A DNA stretch of 64,000 nt, taken from contig AKKQ01000002.1 of the NCBI GenBank assembly GCA_000276965.1, forward strand, positions 1,537 to 65,536, given 5' to 3'. This document shows positions 37,406 to 45,867 of the stretch, piece by piece. The DNA is from Thiovulum sp. ES. Lineage in GTDB: Bacteria > Campylobacterota > Campylobacteria > Campylobacterales > Thiovulaceae. The translations under genes were made by a program, and so were the position numbers. The notes beneath the pieces are model-generated. The model was not told where the DNA came from. It saw only the letters and a program-made list of their open reading frames with translations, and made no database searches. Numbering within the stretch: position 1 is the stretch's first letter; each line of letters starts with the position of its first letter.

Positions 37406-38365
37406 ATGGGAAAAGGAAAACGAGTCGGAATCGTTGGTGCTGGTAATGTTGGTTCAACAGTCGCTTACAGCCTCGCCGTTCAAGGTGCATGTCATGAAAT
37501 TATTTTAAGAGATAACAAAGTTGATATTGCAAAGGGAAAAGCCCTAGATATGTCTCAAGCTGCTCAAAGTATTAGAAGCCACACAGTTGTTTCAGTTGCG
37601 GAAACTATGGCAGATATGAAAGATTGTGATATTGTTGTTGTTACGGCAGGTAGCCCAAGATTACCAGGAATGAGCCGAGATGATTTACTTCTTACAAATG
37701 CAAATATTATGAAAGAAGTTGCCCTCGGAATTAAAGAGTATTCACCAAATGCAATTATTGTTGTTGTCTCAAATCCACTTGATGCAATGGTTTATGTGGC
37801 ACAAAAAGTAACAGGTTTTGACAGAAGTCGAGTTATGGGAATGGCTGGAGTTTTAGATTCTGCAAGAATGGCACACTTTATTCATGAAAAACTTGGTTAT
37901 GGTAGCGGACAAATTCGTGCATCGGTGATGGGTGGTCATGGAGATGACATGGTTCCACTTCCAAGATATTCTACTGTTGCGGGTGTTCCACTTACTGATT
38001 TACTTACTGATGAAGAGATTTCGGATATTGTTGAGAGAACTCGAAAAGGTGGAGCGGAAATTGTTGCACTTTTAAAATCTGGTTCAGCATATTATGCACC
38101 TGGAAAAGCAACAGCAATTATGGTTGATGCAATTTTAAGAGATACAAAACAGATTCATCCAATCGCAGTTTCACTTGAGGGTGAGTATGGATACGATGAT
38201 GTTGTTTCTGGTGTTCCAACAATGATTGGTGTAAATGGTGCGGAAAAAGTTCTTGAAGTTTCACTAGATTTAAGAGAGAAAAGAGCATTTGAAAAATCTG
38301 TAAATTCAGTTCAAAGTCTAATTGATACATTAAATAAAAATAATTTTTTTGGAGAAAACGAGTGA
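37406..38365 (+). CDS. mdh: Malate dehydrogenase (LDH-like family)
   Basis: Carries VGIVGAGNVGSTVAYSLA, VVTAGSPRLPGMSRDDLL, and GGHGDDMVP. I chose the start at ATG 37406 after AAGGAG. Confidence 0.9.
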   Translation: MGKGKRVGIVGAGNVGSTVAYSLAVQGACHEIILRDNKVDIAKGKALDMSQAAQSIRSHTVVSVAETMADMKDCDIVVVTAGSPRLPGMSRDDLLLTNANIMKEVALGIKEYSPNAIIVVVSNPLDAMVYVAQKVTGFDRSRVMGMAGVLDSARMAHFIHEKLGYGSGQIRASVMGGHGDDMVPLPRYSTVAGVPLTDLLTDEEISDIVERTRKGGAEIVALLKSGSAYYAPGKATAIMVDAILRDTKQIHPIAVSLEGEYGYDDVVSGVPTMIGVNGAEKVLEVSLDLREKRAFEKSVNSVQSLIDTLNKNNFFGENE

Positions 38366-39216
38366 GAGAAATCCAATTCGATGAGGTCGTCAAAGCTGTT
38401 AAAAATCTTATTGCCGTTACAAGTGCAAATCTTCCTGAAGATGCTTTAAATGCACTAAAAGAGGCAATGGAGAAAGAGCAATCTCCAGTTTCAAAAGAAG
38501 TTCTACGACAAATTTTAGAAAATGCAGAAATTGCATCAACTGAAAGCCGACCACTTTGCCAAGATACTGGTTTAGCTGTTTTCTTTGTGAAAGTTGGTGA
38601 AGATTTACGAATTGTTGGCGGAGGAACACTCCGAGAAGCAATTAATAAAGGAACAGAAGAGGGATACATCGAAAGCTATCTTCGTGCTTCAACTTGCGAA
38701 CCTTTTAGTCGAGAAAATTTGAAAGAGAAAATCGGATACAACTTACCTGCGATTATTCACTTTGATTTAGTTGAGGGTGATAAACTCGATATTGAATATG
38801 CTGCAAAAGGTGGTGGTAGCGAAAATGTGAGTCGTGCAAAAGTTTTTCCTCCTGCTGCGGGTAAAAAAGGTGTTGTGCAATTTGTAAAAGAGGTGATTTC
38901 TGATGCTGGTGGAAATCCTTGTCCTCCGCTTACTGTTGGTGTTGGAATTGGTGGAACTTTTGAAAAAGCCGTCATTTCATCAAAACATGCACTTTTTAGA
39001 AATATTGGAAGCACAAATGAAGATTCTGAAATGGCAGAACTTGAAAAAGAGATTTTGACAGAACTCAATAAATTGGGTGTTGGCTCAATGGGAATGGGAG
39101 GAACGGAAACTGTTCTTGCTGTTCATATTGAAAGTAATCCATGCCACATCGCTTCACTTCCTGTTTCTGTAAATGTTCAGTGCCACTCTTCACGACACGG
39201 ACACATTACACTTTAA
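38362..39216 (+). CDS. Class I (Fe-S) fumarate hydratase / tartrate dehydratase, alpha subunit
   Basis: 284 aa. Carries CQDTGLAVFFVKVG and a C-terminal VNVQCHSSRH, typical of the N-terminal/alpha component of two-subunit Fe-S hydrolyases. The GTG start overlaps the mdh stop. Confidence 0.85.
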   Translation: MREIQFDEVVKAVKNLIAVTSANLPEDALNALKEAMEKEQSPVSKEVLRQILENAEIASTESRPLCQDTGLAVFFVKVGEDLRIVGGGTLREAINKGTEEGYIESYLRASTCEPFSRENLKEKIGYNLPAIIHFDLVEGDKLDIEYAAKGGGSENVSRAKVFPPAAGKKGVVQFVKEVISDAGGNPCPPLTVGVGIGGTFEKAVISSKHALFRNIGSTNEDSEMAELEKEILTELNKLGVGSMGMGGTETVLAVHIESNPCHIASLPVSVNVQCHSSRHGHITL

Positions 39217-39227
39217 AAAACTTTTCT

Positions 39228-39245
39228 TCGCCCATTTTCGGGCGG
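39228..39245 (+). terminator. Hairpin after the fumarase alpha gene (TCGCCC-attttc-GGGCGG)
   Basis: A G/C-rich stem 12 nt after the stop codon. No strong T-run follows. Confidence 0.5.
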
Positions 39246-39275
39246 AAACCTTCTTTAAAATATAATTTTACAAAT

Positions 39276-39303
39276 TGGTATAATTTTACTTATTTAAAAT
39301 AAG
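39276..39303 (+). promoter_or_regulatory. Candidate toxin-antitoxin promoter (TGgTATAAT) with adjacent palindromic operator CTTATTT-a-AAATAAG
   Basis: An extended -10 at 39276-39284 is followed by a perfect 7-1-7 palindrome at 39289-39303, just upstream of the RHH antitoxin start. RHH antitoxins commonly autoregulate at such palindromes. Confidence 0.5.
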
Positions 39304-39312
39304 GGTTAAATT

Positions 39313-39561
39313 GTGCAAACTACTTTAAGTTATGACAAAGTTACATTTACAATTCCAAGAATTTTAAATCAGCAACTAGAAAATATAAAAAAAGAGTTAA
39401 AAGTCTCAAAGTCTGAAGTTTTGAAAAATGCTGTCGAAGAGTATCTTCAAAAACAGGAAAAAGCCAAAATACAAAAAAGTGTAGAACTTATGATGAGCGA
39501 ATACAAAACTGATAAATCTCTAACAGAATTTACAACTCTTGACGGTGAAGATTTTAGATGA
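39313..39561 (+). CDS. Type II antitoxin, ribbon-helix-helix (CopG/MazE-like)
   Basis: 82 aa. An N-terminal beta-strand plus two helices (VTFTIPRILNQQLENIKKELKVSKSEVLKNAVEEYL). A 4-nt ATGA overlap with the MazF-like gene. GTG start. Confidence 0.7.
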   Translation: MQTTLSYDKVTFTIPRILNQQLENIKKELKVSKSEVLKNAVEEYLQKQEKAKIQKSVELMMSEYKTDKSLTEFTTLDGEDFR

Positions 39562-39896
39562 GACAAAAAGAAATTTGGATTGTAAATCTTGATCCAACAG
39601 TTGGAAGTGAAATCAAGAAAAAGAGACCTGCCGTAATTGTCAATGGAGATGAAATTGGGAAACTTCCACTAAAAATAATTGCTCCAATTACAGATTTTAA
39701 ACCTCACTATATTGCTGTTCCTTGGTTTGTAAAAATAGAACCTCATCGGCAAAATGGACTTAAAAAGATTTCAGTAATTGATACTTTTCAAGTTCGGAGT
39801 GTTGATGAACAGAGACTTACTGAAAAGATTGGTGAAGTTTCAGAGAGTGAAATGGAAAAAGTAAAAGAGGCTTTGAAAAAAGTTTTTGAGATGTAA
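39558..39896 (+). CDS. mazF: Type II toxin, MazF/PemK-family endoribonuclease
   Basis: IWIVNLDPTVGSEIKKKRPAVIVNGDEIG...IIAPITD is the PemK/MazF signature. 112 aa. Confidence 0.85.
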   Translation: MRQKEIWIVNLDPTVGSEIKKKRPAVIVNGDEIGKLPLKIIAPITDFKPHYIAVPWFVKIEPHRQNGLKKISVIDTFQVRSVDEQRLTEKIGEVSESEMEKVKEALKKVFEM

Positions 39897-39905
39897 GGAG
39901 AAAAG

Positions 39906-40760
39906 ATGAAAGATTATTACAAAATTTTAGAAGTTGATAAAAATTCCTCGATTACAGATATTAAATTGTCGTATCGGAATTTGGCAAAAAAGTATCACCC
40001 AGACAGTAACGGAGGAGTTGATAATTTCACTGAAATTATGCAAGACATCAACGAGGCTTACGGAGTTTTAAGCAAAGAAGATTTTCGACGAAAATACAAT
40101 ATTGAGTGGGACAAAATTTACGGCAAACCGAAAGAAGAGCCGAAACGGAAAAGTTCTCAAAAAAGAGAAGAGCCAAAAAGAAAACGGAATTTGAGTGAAT
40201 ATTTTTGGGACGGAAGCAATCCACAAAAATATGAAACATCTACATATGAGAGTTTTGAGAAATTCAAAAAACGAATTCTTTCAAATACAGAAAAGGGTGA
40301 GTTTGAAAAAAGTGTTGATTACAAAAACCGTTTAGCAGTTGTTGAGAGTGAATTACTGAATAATTTTCTTGGCGAACAAAAAGTTGAGATGACTTATGAA
40401 GCTGATAGCGAAAGATTTTTTATCTCAATAAATGAGACTCTCAAATTTCAAATTGATATTTCAATTGAATTGGCACAAGATTTCAAAAACAGTGTGAAAA
40501 ACTTTGACATTCGTTTCTCAAAAGATTTAGAAATTTTAGAGATTTCAACAAAATTTCGAGGTCAAAAGTTTTTGGGAAAGGGATTTGATAGAAATTGGAA
40601 TATAGAAAGTAGAAGAACTCACAAGAAATATACTTATAAGGAAAGCGAAAAACAAAGTAATTATTCCAAGGAGAACGAACCCCTAGATAAACAGAACAAA
40701 ATTGTTCTTTTTGCACTTCTTTTATTTTTTCTTATATCTGTTTTGATGAACCAAAGATAA
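39906..40760 (+). CDS. Tail-anchored J-domain protein
   Basis: N-terminal J-domain DYYKILEVDKNSSITDIKLSYRNLAKKYHPD (HPD present). A basic KR-rich linker, an unassigned middle region, and a C-terminal TM IVLFALLLFFLISVLM. Confidence 0.8.
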   Translation: MKDYYKILEVDKNSSITDIKLSYRNLAKKYHPDSNGGVDNFTEIMQDINEAYGVLSKEDFRRKYNIEWDKIYGKPKEEPKRKSSQKREEPKRKRNLSEYFWDGSNPQKYETSTYESFEKFKKRILSNTEKGEFEKSVDYKNRLAVVESELLNNFLGEQKVEMTYEADSERFFISINETLKFQIDISIELAQDFKNSVKNFDIRFSKDLEILEISTKFRGQKFLGKGFDRNWNIESRRTHKKYTYKESEKQSNYSKENEPLDKQNKIVLFALLLFFLISVLMNQR

Positions 40761-40763
40761 GAA

Positions 40764-40913
40764 TCTAAAAACTGCCTTTTGGATATAATTTTTTTGTAAC
40801 AAAAAACAAACAAAAGGCATTCGGAATTTTACCATGAATACAGATCAACAAATGACAATCAAAATTGGCAACTTTGGAACTCTCCAAATTGGACATCTTT
40901 CAAAAATGGGAAA
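40764..40913 (+). repeat. Direct repeat copy 1 (promoter region + first 27 codons of the KilA-N-like gene)
   Basis: About 150 bp, near-identical to 41607-41753 apart from a 4-nt indel in an A-rich spacer and a handful of substitutions. It contains the TGCCTTTTG...CAAAAGGCA inverted repeat bracketing GGATATAAT. Confidence 0.9.
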
Positions 40914-41601
40914 AGTTTCTCAAGTTGTTGAAATGGGAAACGAAACTCGAAAAGAGCAAGGCTTAGAAGAAATTTCAATAGATAGCATATTGAAGAAACA
41001 AGCAATTTGGGAATTCATTATTGCAAGAAACACCCAGATTTCAGCCTTTTCAAAATACTCGGATTCCGAGGAATTAAATAAACGAGTAAAATCAGACTAC
41101 TCTATTTTGAAAGAGTTTAAAACTGAAAAAGGTGAAATTCAATACTCAAAATTGATGAAACAGTTTCCAAACTTAATTAAATCTAAAAGAGGTAGAAATG
41201 GAGGAACTTGGGCAGAACTCTATATTTTGCTGAAAATTGCTTCAATGCTTGACAAGGATTTGGAAGTTGAAATTTACCGAGTTTTTATCGAAGATAAAAT
41301 TTTGCTTTGGAGAGATTTGGGTGGAGGCTTTTTTAAAGAACTAAACAAATTGATTGACACTCTTCCTGATTGTCAAAATGACAATAACACAAAACTCTAT
41401 ATCGATATTTCTTTGCAAATTCGTAGAAAACTCTCAATTCTTTCAACTCGAGGCTACAACAAAAAAGAGCATGATTCACTTGTTCAGGAAAATCGTGCCG
41501 AATGGTTAAAAACTTTGAGTTTTGCAATTTCTGTTGGCTGGATAAAATCTTTTGATGAATTGACAAGTTCTCTTGAAAAATTAGAAGTGATTGGAAAATA
41601 A
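40834..41601 (+). CDS. KilA-N-like DNA-binding domain protein
   Basis: 255 aa. The segment RGRNGGTWAELYILLKIASMLDKDLEVEIYRVF resembles the C-terminal part of KilA-N domains (GTW...hydrophobic...). Assignment is tentative. Confidence 0.45.
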   Translation: MNTDQQMTIKIGNFGTLQIGHLSKMGKVSQVVEMGNETRKEQGLEEISIDSILKKQAIWEFIIARNTQISAFSKYSDSEELNKRVKSDYSILKEFKTEKGEIQYSKLMKQFPNLIKSKRGRNGGTWAELYILLKIASMLDKDLEVEIYRVFIEDKILLWRDLGGGFFKELNKLIDTLPDCQNDNNTKLYIDISLQIRRKLSILSTRGYNKKEHDSLVQENRAEWLKTLSFAISVGWIKSFDELTSSLEKLEVIGK

Positions 41602-41606
41602 TAATT

Positions 41607-41753
41607 TCTGAAAAGTGCCTTTTGGATATAATTTTTTTGCGAAAAATAACAAAAGGCATTCGGAATTTTACCATGAATACAGATCAACAGATGACAATCA
41701 AAATTGGCAACTTTGGAACTCTCCAAATTGGACACCTTTCAAAAATGGGAAAC
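41607..41753 (+). repeat. Direct repeat copy 2
   Basis: See copy 1. It has the same inverted repeat, the same -10-like box and the same first 27 codons. Confidence 0.9.
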
Positions 41754-41948
41754 AAACATCGTGAAAGAAAAGGTTTAAACTCTCTTTCATTTGACACTCT
41801 TTTTAAACGACAAGATTTTTGGGAGTTTGTAGTTTCAAGAAATGCTCAAATGCTTTCAAAAATAAATTCCGCTGATTCAGCGGATTTAAAATCAGAACCA
41901 ATTCAATCCGACTACTCCATGATTTTGTGCCTTACATCACCGCCATAA
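41673..41948 (+). pseudogene. Truncated, diverged paralogue of the KilA-N-like gene (91 codons)
   Basis: The first 27 aa are identical or near-identical to 40834. The next ~60 aa are clearly related but diverged (FWEFVVSRNAQ vs IWEFIIARNTQ). It ends before the GTW segment. Confidence 0.45.
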
Positions 41949-42110
41949 ATGGCGATGGTTTTCAGCACGTGTGCTAAATATTCAGAAAAAACAGTTTTTC
42001 ACACAGTTTGGAAAAAAGAGATTTTGAACGAAATTTTCTGATTTTTAAAAATGTAATTCGGAAACTAGCTTTGTTAAAATTCCGAACTAATATTTACAAG
42101 GTTTGAGAAT

Positions 42111-44324
42111 TTGAAAAAAATTTTAACTCTGCTACTTTTTGCAATTTCTCTGAAAGCTTATATCGTAAAAGATATAGAGTTTCGGGGACTTGTGCATCTT
42201 TCACAAAACAGTGCCTACGAATTGCTAGGTTTTGAAAAAAACAGTTACATTTCACCAGAACAGATAAATAAATCGATAAAAAATCTTTATGACCGAGGAT
42301 ATTTTCGGGATATTTCGGTTGATTACGATGATTCTAGCGAAAAGCTCACTTACACTTTTGAGGAGAAACGGCGGATTTCTCGAGTTGCATTAAAAGGATT
42401 TTTGGATTCTGATGAAGAAAAGCAGACTGAATTTTTAGAAATTAAAAAGGGTTCGCTCTACGATGAGGTTCGAGTAAAGCAGATTGAGAATAGGATTTTA
42501 GAAGCCCTAAATTACAAAGGAAATGTTGATAATCGGGTTGAAGTTACAGAAACAAAATTAGATAATGGGACGACACAACTTGAGTTTATTGCACGAGAGG
42601 GAGAGGAAATTATAATTGAAGATTTGCACCTCATCGGAGCGGAATCTCTTTCTCACAATGATATTCAAAAAAGCATGGCAAATCGAGAAAAAGAGGGTTT
42701 TGGTTGGTTACTTGGTAGAAATAGTGGTGAGATGAAAATCAAAGAATTAGAAATCGACTCGGCAAGAATCAAAGAGTATTACATGACGAAAGGATTTCTT
42801 GATGTTGTTGTTTCAAAACCATTTGCTGATATTGAATTCAATCGATACACGGCAAAAGTAACTTATAAAATTGATGAAGGCGATGTTTATCATGTAAGCG
42901 GAACAGAAGTTGAAATTGACACCGACGGAATTATAAATATCGATGAGGTCATGGAGGATTTTTGGATTGAAAGAGGCGACCGTTTTAATATTAAATGGTT
43001 TCGTAAAGATATTGATATTTTAAAAACTGCTGTTGCTGATAAAGGCTTCGCTTTTGTAAATGTAATTCCCGATTTAGAGCGAGACGAAAAAAACAATCTT
43101 GTCAAAATCAAATACAAAATCTTCGTAAATCAGAAAGTGAAAATCCGTGATGTTATTGTTGCTGATAATCGTTTGACACTTGATAAAGTTGTTCGTCGTG
43201 AAGTTTTTCTTGCTCCTGGAGATTGGTATAACTTAACAGATATTCGAGACTCAAAAATGGCACTTGGGCGACTTGGATATTTTGAAAAAGTTGAATTGGT
43301 CGAAAAAAAAGTTTCAGAGACAGAGCTTGACCTCATCGTTATTGTCAAAGAGGCACGAACAGGAAGTATTCAAATCGGTGGTGGATATTCCACATATTTA
43401 GGTTTCACTTTTGATGCTGGTGTTTCAGATCGGAATGTTTTTGGTAGCGGAATTGATCTAGGTTTCAATTTACAATATTCACAACTATCAACAAATTACA
43501 CAATTTCAGTCTCAAATCCACGACTGTTTGATTCTCTTTACAGCGGTAGTTTGTCGCTAAGCCACTCGAAATTTGATTATGGAATTTATGAAGTTGAAAA
43601 CAACGGTTTTGCTGTCTCAATTGGTCGAAGAATTACTCGACACATCACTGCAAATTTAGGATATTCATACTATAAGTATTTATACAACGATGTTGATGAA
43701 GAGTATTTAGATGATTTAGAATCTTATACAAAACACTCAATTCCAATGTCGCTCACTTTTAACAATACTGATGATTACTTTCTACCGCGACGGGGATTTA
43801 TTATTTCCGACTCTGTTGAATATGCGGGAATTGCAGGAGATGCAAAATTTATTGAAAACCAATTATCTTTTAATGCCTATAAAGGTGTGGAGGATTATAT
43901 CGATTACGACATTATTTTTCGATACAAATCAAAATTACGGAGAATGTGGGACACAGGATTTATTCCGCTTAACGAATCTCTACACATGGGTGGAATTGGT
44001 TCAGTTCGGGGATATAACCCATACTCTTTTCCAAATCGAGATTTTGAAGAGTATCAAGATATGAAAGCAAACATGAGTTTTACACACTCGTTTGAAGTGA
44101 GTTTGCCAATTTCGAGCGAGGCAAAATTGAGATGGACACCATTTATTGATTACGGCTGGTTAGGTGAAGATAAGTTTGATGATTTTCACCGAGGCGGATA
44201 TGGAATTGCACTTGAGTGGATTTCACCAATGGCACCAATTATGTTTGTATTTTCGAGACCATTTAATGACCGAGCAGGAGATGAAATTTCTAAATTTGAA
44301 TTTACAATGGGGAGAAGATTTTGA
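42111..44324 (+). CDS. bamA: Outer membrane protein assembly factor BamA
   Basis: Signal peptide, repeated POTRA-like modules (I..I.F.G......), and a C-terminal beta-barrel ending in FEFTMGRRF. 737 aa. TTG start. Confidence 0.9.
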   Translation: MKKILTLLLFAISLKAYIVKDIEFRGLVHLSQNSAYELLGFEKNSYISPEQINKSIKNLYDRGYFRDISVDYDDSSEKLTYTFEEKRRISRVALKGFLDSDEEKQTEFLEIKKGSLYDEVRVKQIENRILEALNYKGNVDNRVEVTETKLDNGTTQLEFIAREGEEIIIEDLHLIGAESLSHNDIQKSMANREKEGFGWLLGRNSGEMKIKELEIDSARIKEYYMTKGFLDVVVSKPFADIEFNRYTAKVTYKIDEGDVYHVSGTEVEIDTDGIINIDEVMEDFWIERGDRFNIKWFRKDIDILKTAVADKGFAFVNVIPDLERDEKNNLVKIKYKIFVNQKVKIRDVIVADNRLTLDKVVRREVFLAPGDWYNLTDIRDSKMALGRLGYFEKVELVEKKVSETELDLIVIVKEARTGSIQIGGGYSTYLGFTFDAGVSDRNVFGSGIDLGFNLQYSQLSTNYTISVSNPRLFDSLYSGSLSLSHSKFDYGIYEVENNGFAVSIGRRITRHITANLGYSYYKYLYNDVDEEYLDDLESYTKHSIPMSLTFNNTDDYFLPRRGFIISDSVEYAGIAGDAKFIENQLSFNAYKGVEDYIDYDIIFRYKSKLRRMWDTGFIPLNESLHMGGIGSVRGYNPYSFPNRDFEEYQDMKANMSFTHSFEVSLPISSEAKLRWTPFIDYGWLGEDKFDDFHRGGYGIALEWISPMAPIMFVFSRPFNDRAGDEISKFEFTMGRRF

Positions 44325-45244
44325 GAAAATATTTAGTAACAGGAATTGCAGGATTTATCGGTTCGCACATTGCAGAAGAACTTTTAAAACGGGGTGAAAA
44401 TGTCGTCGGAATTGATAATTTCTATTCTGGAAAAAGAGAAAATATCGAATATTTGGAAAGTTTGGGTGAATTTTCGTTTTGGGAAAATGATTTACGAGAT
44501 TTACGAAATTTAGAAAGGCTTTTCCGATTTGAGAAACCGACCCATGTTTTTCATCTCGGGGCAATAGCCTCGGTTCAAAAATCGATAGAAGATCCAATTT
44601 TTACAAATGCGGTTAATGTGGAGGGAACTCTAAATATTTTAGAATTGTCGCGGGAACACCGAATTAAGCGAATTGTATTTTCAAGCAGTGCTGCGGTTTA
44701 TGGAGATGAGCCAACTTTACCAAAAGATGAAAATTCAGTTGTAAAACCAATTTCACCTTACGGATATGAGAAATTGATGGGCGAACAATACATGAAACTT
44801 TATAACGAACTTTACGGAGTTGAAACGGTCTCTTTGCGATATTTTAATGTGTATGGAGAACGGCAAGACCCAACTAGCGAATATTCTGGAGTGATTTCAA
44901 TTTTTGAAAACCGAATTAAGAGTGGCGATGAGGTCAAGATTTTTGGCGACGGCGAACAATTCCGCGATTTTATTTATGTCAAAGATATTGTGAAACTGAA
45001 TATTTTAGCGATGGAAACAGAAAAAGCTCGGGGTGAAACTTTTGTTTGCGGAACTGGAATTAAAACAAGTATCAATTCTGTTTTTACTGAAATTACAGAA
45101 AAACACCAAAAAGATATTTCTCCAAAATATGAAAATGCACGAAGCGGAGATATTCGAGAATCTTTAGCAAATAATTCCAAAATTAGAGAATATTTTGCAA
45201 TTGATAATTTTATAAAATTCAAAAAAGGAATTCAAAAACTTTAA
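44321..45244 (+). CDS. NAD-dependent epimerase/dehydratase (UDP-sugar 4-epimerase-like SDR)
   Basis: Rossmann motif VTGIAGFIGSHIAEEL and catalytic SPYGYEK (YxxxK). The TTG start overlaps the bamA stop. Confidence 0.85.
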   Translation: MRKYLVTGIAGFIGSHIAEELLKRGENVVGIDNFYSGKRENIEYLESLGEFSFWENDLRDLRNLERLFRFEKPTHVFHLGAIASVQKSIEDPIFTNAVNVEGTLNILELSREHRIKRIVFSSSAAVYGDEPTLPKDENSVVKPISPYGYEKLMGEQYMKLYNELYGVETVSLRYFNVYGERQDPTSEYSGVISIFENRIKSGDEVKIFGDGEQFRDFIYVKDIVKLNILAMETEKARGETFVCGTGIKTSINSVFTEITEKHQKDISPKYENARSGDIRESLANNSKIREYFAIDNFIKFKKGIQKL

Positions 45245-45254
45245 GTTGAGTTGT

Positions 45255-45273
45255 CCCATCTCAAATAGATGGG
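45255..45273. terminator. Bidirectional hairpin between the epimerase and mobA genes (CCCATCT-caaat-AGATGGG)
   Basis: A perfect 7-bp stem between convergent stops (45244 and 45301). Confidence 0.6.
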
Positions 45274-45300
45274 GATTTCAGCAATATTTTTTGATAAAAT

Positions 45301-45867
45301 CTAAACTATATTTCTTTTGTAATCTTCGGGAAAATTCATATTTGTAAATAGTTTTTTGTCATCGAATTCAACAAGATTTGCATTTTTAAAGAGTTTATTC
45401 ATTTTATATTCCCCATTTTTCAACATCTCTAAAACTCTACTTTGCAAATCTGTCTTGTAAATTGAGAGCAGTGGCTCACTTTTTCCGCCAAAAGTTGGTG
45501 AAGTAATTTCACTATTTTCACTCTTTTTAAAAAGTTCTCGAATTGCATTTTCGCTAAAAAATGGAGTATCCACACTGAGAACAAATAATTTTTCATTCTC
45601 AATTTTTTTCATAACGGAGTAGAGAGCAACAGTTGGTGCTGAAATTTCTGAAAATTGCGGTTCATCAAAAATTGAGAACTTTTCAAGATGAGGAATTTTT
45701 GGATTTTTCCATGAAATATAGACTTCTGAAAAAATTTTTTGCATTCTCTTAAACTGAAATTCCACGAGAGTTTCGCTATTTCCAAAAGGTAGAAGCGATT
45801 TATCTCTACCCATTCGGCGACTTTTTCCACCTGCAAAAATTACAGCAGGAAAATCGATCTTTTTCAA
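45301..45867 (-). CDS. mobA: Molybdenum cofactor guanylyltransferase
   Basis: AVIFAGGKSRRMGRDKSLLPF N-terminal motif. 188 aa. Confidence 0.8.
   Translation of the reverse strand: MKKIDFPAVIFAGGKSRRMGRDKSLLPFGNSETLVEFQFKRMQKIFSEVYISWKNPKIPHLEKFSIFDEPQFSEISAPTVALYSVMKKIENEKLFVLSVDTPFFSENAIRELFKKSENSEITSPTFGGKSEPLLSIYKTDLQSRVLEMLKNGEYKMNKLFKNANLVEFDDKKLFTNMNFPEDYKRNIV

Noticed and set aside
39217-42110. Calling the TA/J-domain/KilA-N islet a prophage or integrative element.
   Set aside because: I found no integrase, recombinase, capsid, terminase or tRNA gene, and no flanking att-like direct repeats. The only repeat is internal (the duplicated KilA-N 5' cassette). I describe it only as a small accessory islet.
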